From Vibrio vulnificus CMCP6 (GTDB lineage: Bacteria; Pseudomonadota; Gammaproteobacteria; Enterobacterales; Vibrionaceae), in contig NC_004459.3 in NCBI RefSeq assembly GCF_000039765.1, positions 1,200,001 through 1,232,000 on the forward strand: a stretch of 32,000 nucleotides of DNA, in the 5' to 3' direction. Positions within the stretch are counted from its first letter, which is position 1, and each line of letters opens with the position of its first letter. Under the pieces are notes generated by a model, which was not told where the DNA came from, made no database searches, and was given only the letters and a program-made list of their open reading frames with translations. The position numbers and the translations under genes are program-made. Below, one piece after another: positions 30,103 to 32,000 of this stretch.

Positions 30103-30738
30103 TTATTGCTCGGGCTCTAGCTGCTGTAACAAGATCACCGCTTGGGTACGATTTTTCACCCCAAGTTTGCGGAAAATAGCCGTCATATGTGCTTTGATGG
30201 TGGCTTCAGAAACATTCAGCTCATAAGCAATTTGCTTGTTGAGCAAACCATCGGAAAGCATCCCCAGTACTTTGTATTGCTGTGGTGTTAACGCGGCGAT
30301 TTTCTCGGCCAAGTCATTACAGGCGGCGTTATTGGTGATCAATCCTTCAGGGAAATAAGGATCGCCATTGAGAACTTGGTTAAGTGCGGAAACCAGTGTG
30401 CGCATATCACTCGATTTAGGAATAAAGCCAAAAGCACCGTGGCTTTTTACTTGTGTGACCACCGCAGGTTCTTCACTAGCAGAGACCACAACGATGGGCA
30501 GGTCGGGATACTCTGCACGGAGATGGATCAAACCTGACATGCCATTGGCTCCAGGCATTTTGAGGTCAAGCAGCAGTAAATCCGGCTCTTCTTCGCGTAT
30601 AAGAAGGTTCAGCAACGCATCGAGTGAGTCCGCTTCTAGCAAGTTGGCCCCACTGACCGCCATATGCACAGACTGAAACAGCGCATTACGGAACAGGGGG
30701 TGATCATCAGCGATGATGATGGTGTAGGTCGAATCCAT
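30103..30738 (-). CDS. LuxR/NarL-type response regulator, CrbR-like candidate
   Basis: N-terminal REC (TIIIADDHPLFRNALFQS...LLLLDLKMPGANG) and C-terminal HTH LTPQQYKVLGMLSDGLLNKQIAYELNVSEATIKAHMTAIFRKLGVKNRTQA. The likely ATG is at 30738. Confidence 0.88.
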   Translation of the reverse strand: MDSTYTIIIADDHPLFRNALFQSVHMAVSGANLLEADSLDALLNLLIREEEPDLLLLDLKMPGANGMSGLIHLRAEYPDLPIVVVSASEEPAVVTQVKSHGAFGFIPKSSDMRTLVSALNQVLNGDPYFPEGLITNNAACNDLAEKIAALTPQQYKVLGMLSDGLLNKQIAYELNVSEATIKAHMTAIFRKLGVKNRTQAVILLQQLEPEQ

Positions 30739-30886
30739 GACGTTAAACACTTTTAACTATTTCGTTAATGGAATTATTGCAGCTTTAAGAGTGTGGACAA
30801 TCTTTATACGCTAAAAGTCTGATGTAAATCGACTTTTATTAGAGAGTTTGCATATACCTCCGTTGTGAAGGTGAGAATGTGGTAAG

Positions 30887-30917
30887 AAAAAACGCCAGCA
30901 AGGTTTGCTGGCGTTTG
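30887..30917 (-). terminator. Terminator of dsbD
   Basis: AAAACGCCAGCAA-GG-TTTGCTGGCGTTT with T6 on the minus strand. Confidence 0.88.
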
Positions 30918-30923
30918 AATCGG

Positions 30924-32000
30924 TTAGTTGGAAATTCGTTGAATATGCTCCAAGAAAGGCGCCGCTTGCATAAAGCCAGTGAGTCGAGCGTTTGAAACCG
31001 GATTACCTTGCGCATCCCAAAAATCGATCGTTGGTAGGCCGAGCACTTGTTGGGCCTGTAGCAGCTCAATGTCCTGTGCTTGGTTACGCGTCACGTCGGC
31101 TTGAAGCAACACAAATTGTTTGAGTTGAGCTGCCACGGCTGGGTCGTGGAAAGTGTATTTCTCGAACTCTTTACACGCCACACACCAATCGGCATAAAAG
31201 TCGAGCATTACAGGTTTTTTGGCTTGCTTGGCTAACGCCAATTGTTGTTGAAGCTCTTCGACGTTGCGGATTTTAATAAAGCTCACTTCACTGGTTTGAG
31301 TCTGTTGAGAGCTGTCAGTAAACCAATAATTGAGGGCAGGCTGAGCGGACGCAAACAGACCCAGCACGGCAATGATGCCCACCGCGCTTTGCTTCCAACC
31401 ACCAAACTCCAAACTATTTTTCACATGGTAAAGCCAGCCAAACGCCGCGATACCCAAGGCAGACCACAGCGCGGTTGACCACATTTCAGGAAGGATGCGC
31501 TCCAATAGGAAGATTGGCGCTGCCAGCAATACAAAACCAAACAGCGTTTTAACGCGATCCATCCAACCGCCCGCTTTGGGGAGCAGTTTATTTCCAAACA
31601 CCGCGACTAAAATTAAAGGGATACCCATGCCCATGGCTAAGGCATACAGCGCAACGCCCCCCGTTAAGAGATCACCACTTTGTGCCACGTACAGCAGTGC
31701 CCCAGAAAGTGGGGCGGTGGTACAAGGCGAGCACACCAAACCGGAAATGGCACCCATGGCAAAAACACCTGCACTGCTGCCCCCTTGCTGCTTATTGCTC
31801 AAATTGTTCAGCCAAGTTTGTACGCTGCTAGGCAGTTGTAAGGTGTACACCCCAAACATCGAGAGCGCTAAGGTGACAAAAAGAATACTCAGGCCGATCA
31901 ACACATAAGGGTGCTGCATGGCGGCTTGGAACTGTAAGCCAGCGGAAGCGACAACCAGACCCAGTAAGGTATAGGTCAATGCCATGCCTTGAACATAGAC
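30924..32000 (-). CDS. dsbD: Thiol:disulfide interchange protein DsbD, central and C-terminal portion (5' truncated by window)
   Basis: Frame stays open to the window edge ([14 protein letters not shown]). [19 protein letters not shown] transmembrane cysteines and C-terminal thioredoxin-like [17 protein letters not shown]. Confidence 0.93.
   Translation of the reverse strand, partial: VYVQGMALTYTLLGLVVASAGLQFQAAMQHPYVLIGLSILFVTLALSMFGVYTLQLPSSVQTWLNNLSNKQQGGSSAGVFAMGAISGLVCSPCTTAPLSGALLYVAQSGDLLTGGVALYALAMGMGIPLILVAVFGNKLLPKAGGWMDRVKTLFGFVLLAAPIFLLERILPEMWSTALWSALGIAAFGWLYHVKNSLEFGGWKQSAVGIIAVLGLFASAQPALNYWFTDSSQQTQTSEVSFIKIRNVEELQQQLALAKQAKKPVMLDFYADWCVACKEFEKYTFHDPAVAAQLKQFVLLQADVTRNQAQDIELLQAQQVLGLPTIDFWDAQGNPVSNARLTGFMQAAPFLEHIQRISN

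Noticed and set aside
1-32000. CRISPR array, integron cassette array, prophage or IS element
   Set aside because: No direct repeats with regular spacers, attC-like sites, integrase/transposase motifs or phage structural genes were seen.

Overview
This is a Vibrionaceae-like chromosomal window, mostly conserved housekeeping genes. In order: hemE (3' end), a UDG-superfamily protein, a D-2-hydroxyacid dehydrogenase, a YjaG/DUF416 protein, a CNMM/CorC-like transporter, hupA, a DUF1481/YjaH-like lipoprotein, purH-purD, zntR, a Cache-type chemoreceptor, dusB-fis, prmA, and aroQ-accB-accC. The second half is an acetate-utilisation neighbourhood: acs, a DnaQ-like exonuclease, a cNMP/CBS/DUF294 protein, an MFS permease, a large SSS-PAS-HK-REC sensor kinase (CrbS-like), yjcH-actP, marC, a LuxR-type response regulator (CrbR-like) and dsbD (5' end cut off by the window edge). 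The one clearly accessory segment is an AT-rich patch at about 25.3-27.0 kb, between the crbS-like gene and actP. It carries three tandem paralogous genes for small proteins of unknown function that share a 'LSPEISGHLTQDG...' transthyretin/carboxypeptidase-regulatory-like N-terminus and a C-terminal cysteine pair. Only the first has a recognisable signal peptide. I found no CRISPR array, tRNA, rRNA, transposase or integrase. No complete novel system can be proven here; the tandem paralog array is the best candidate for something undescribed.
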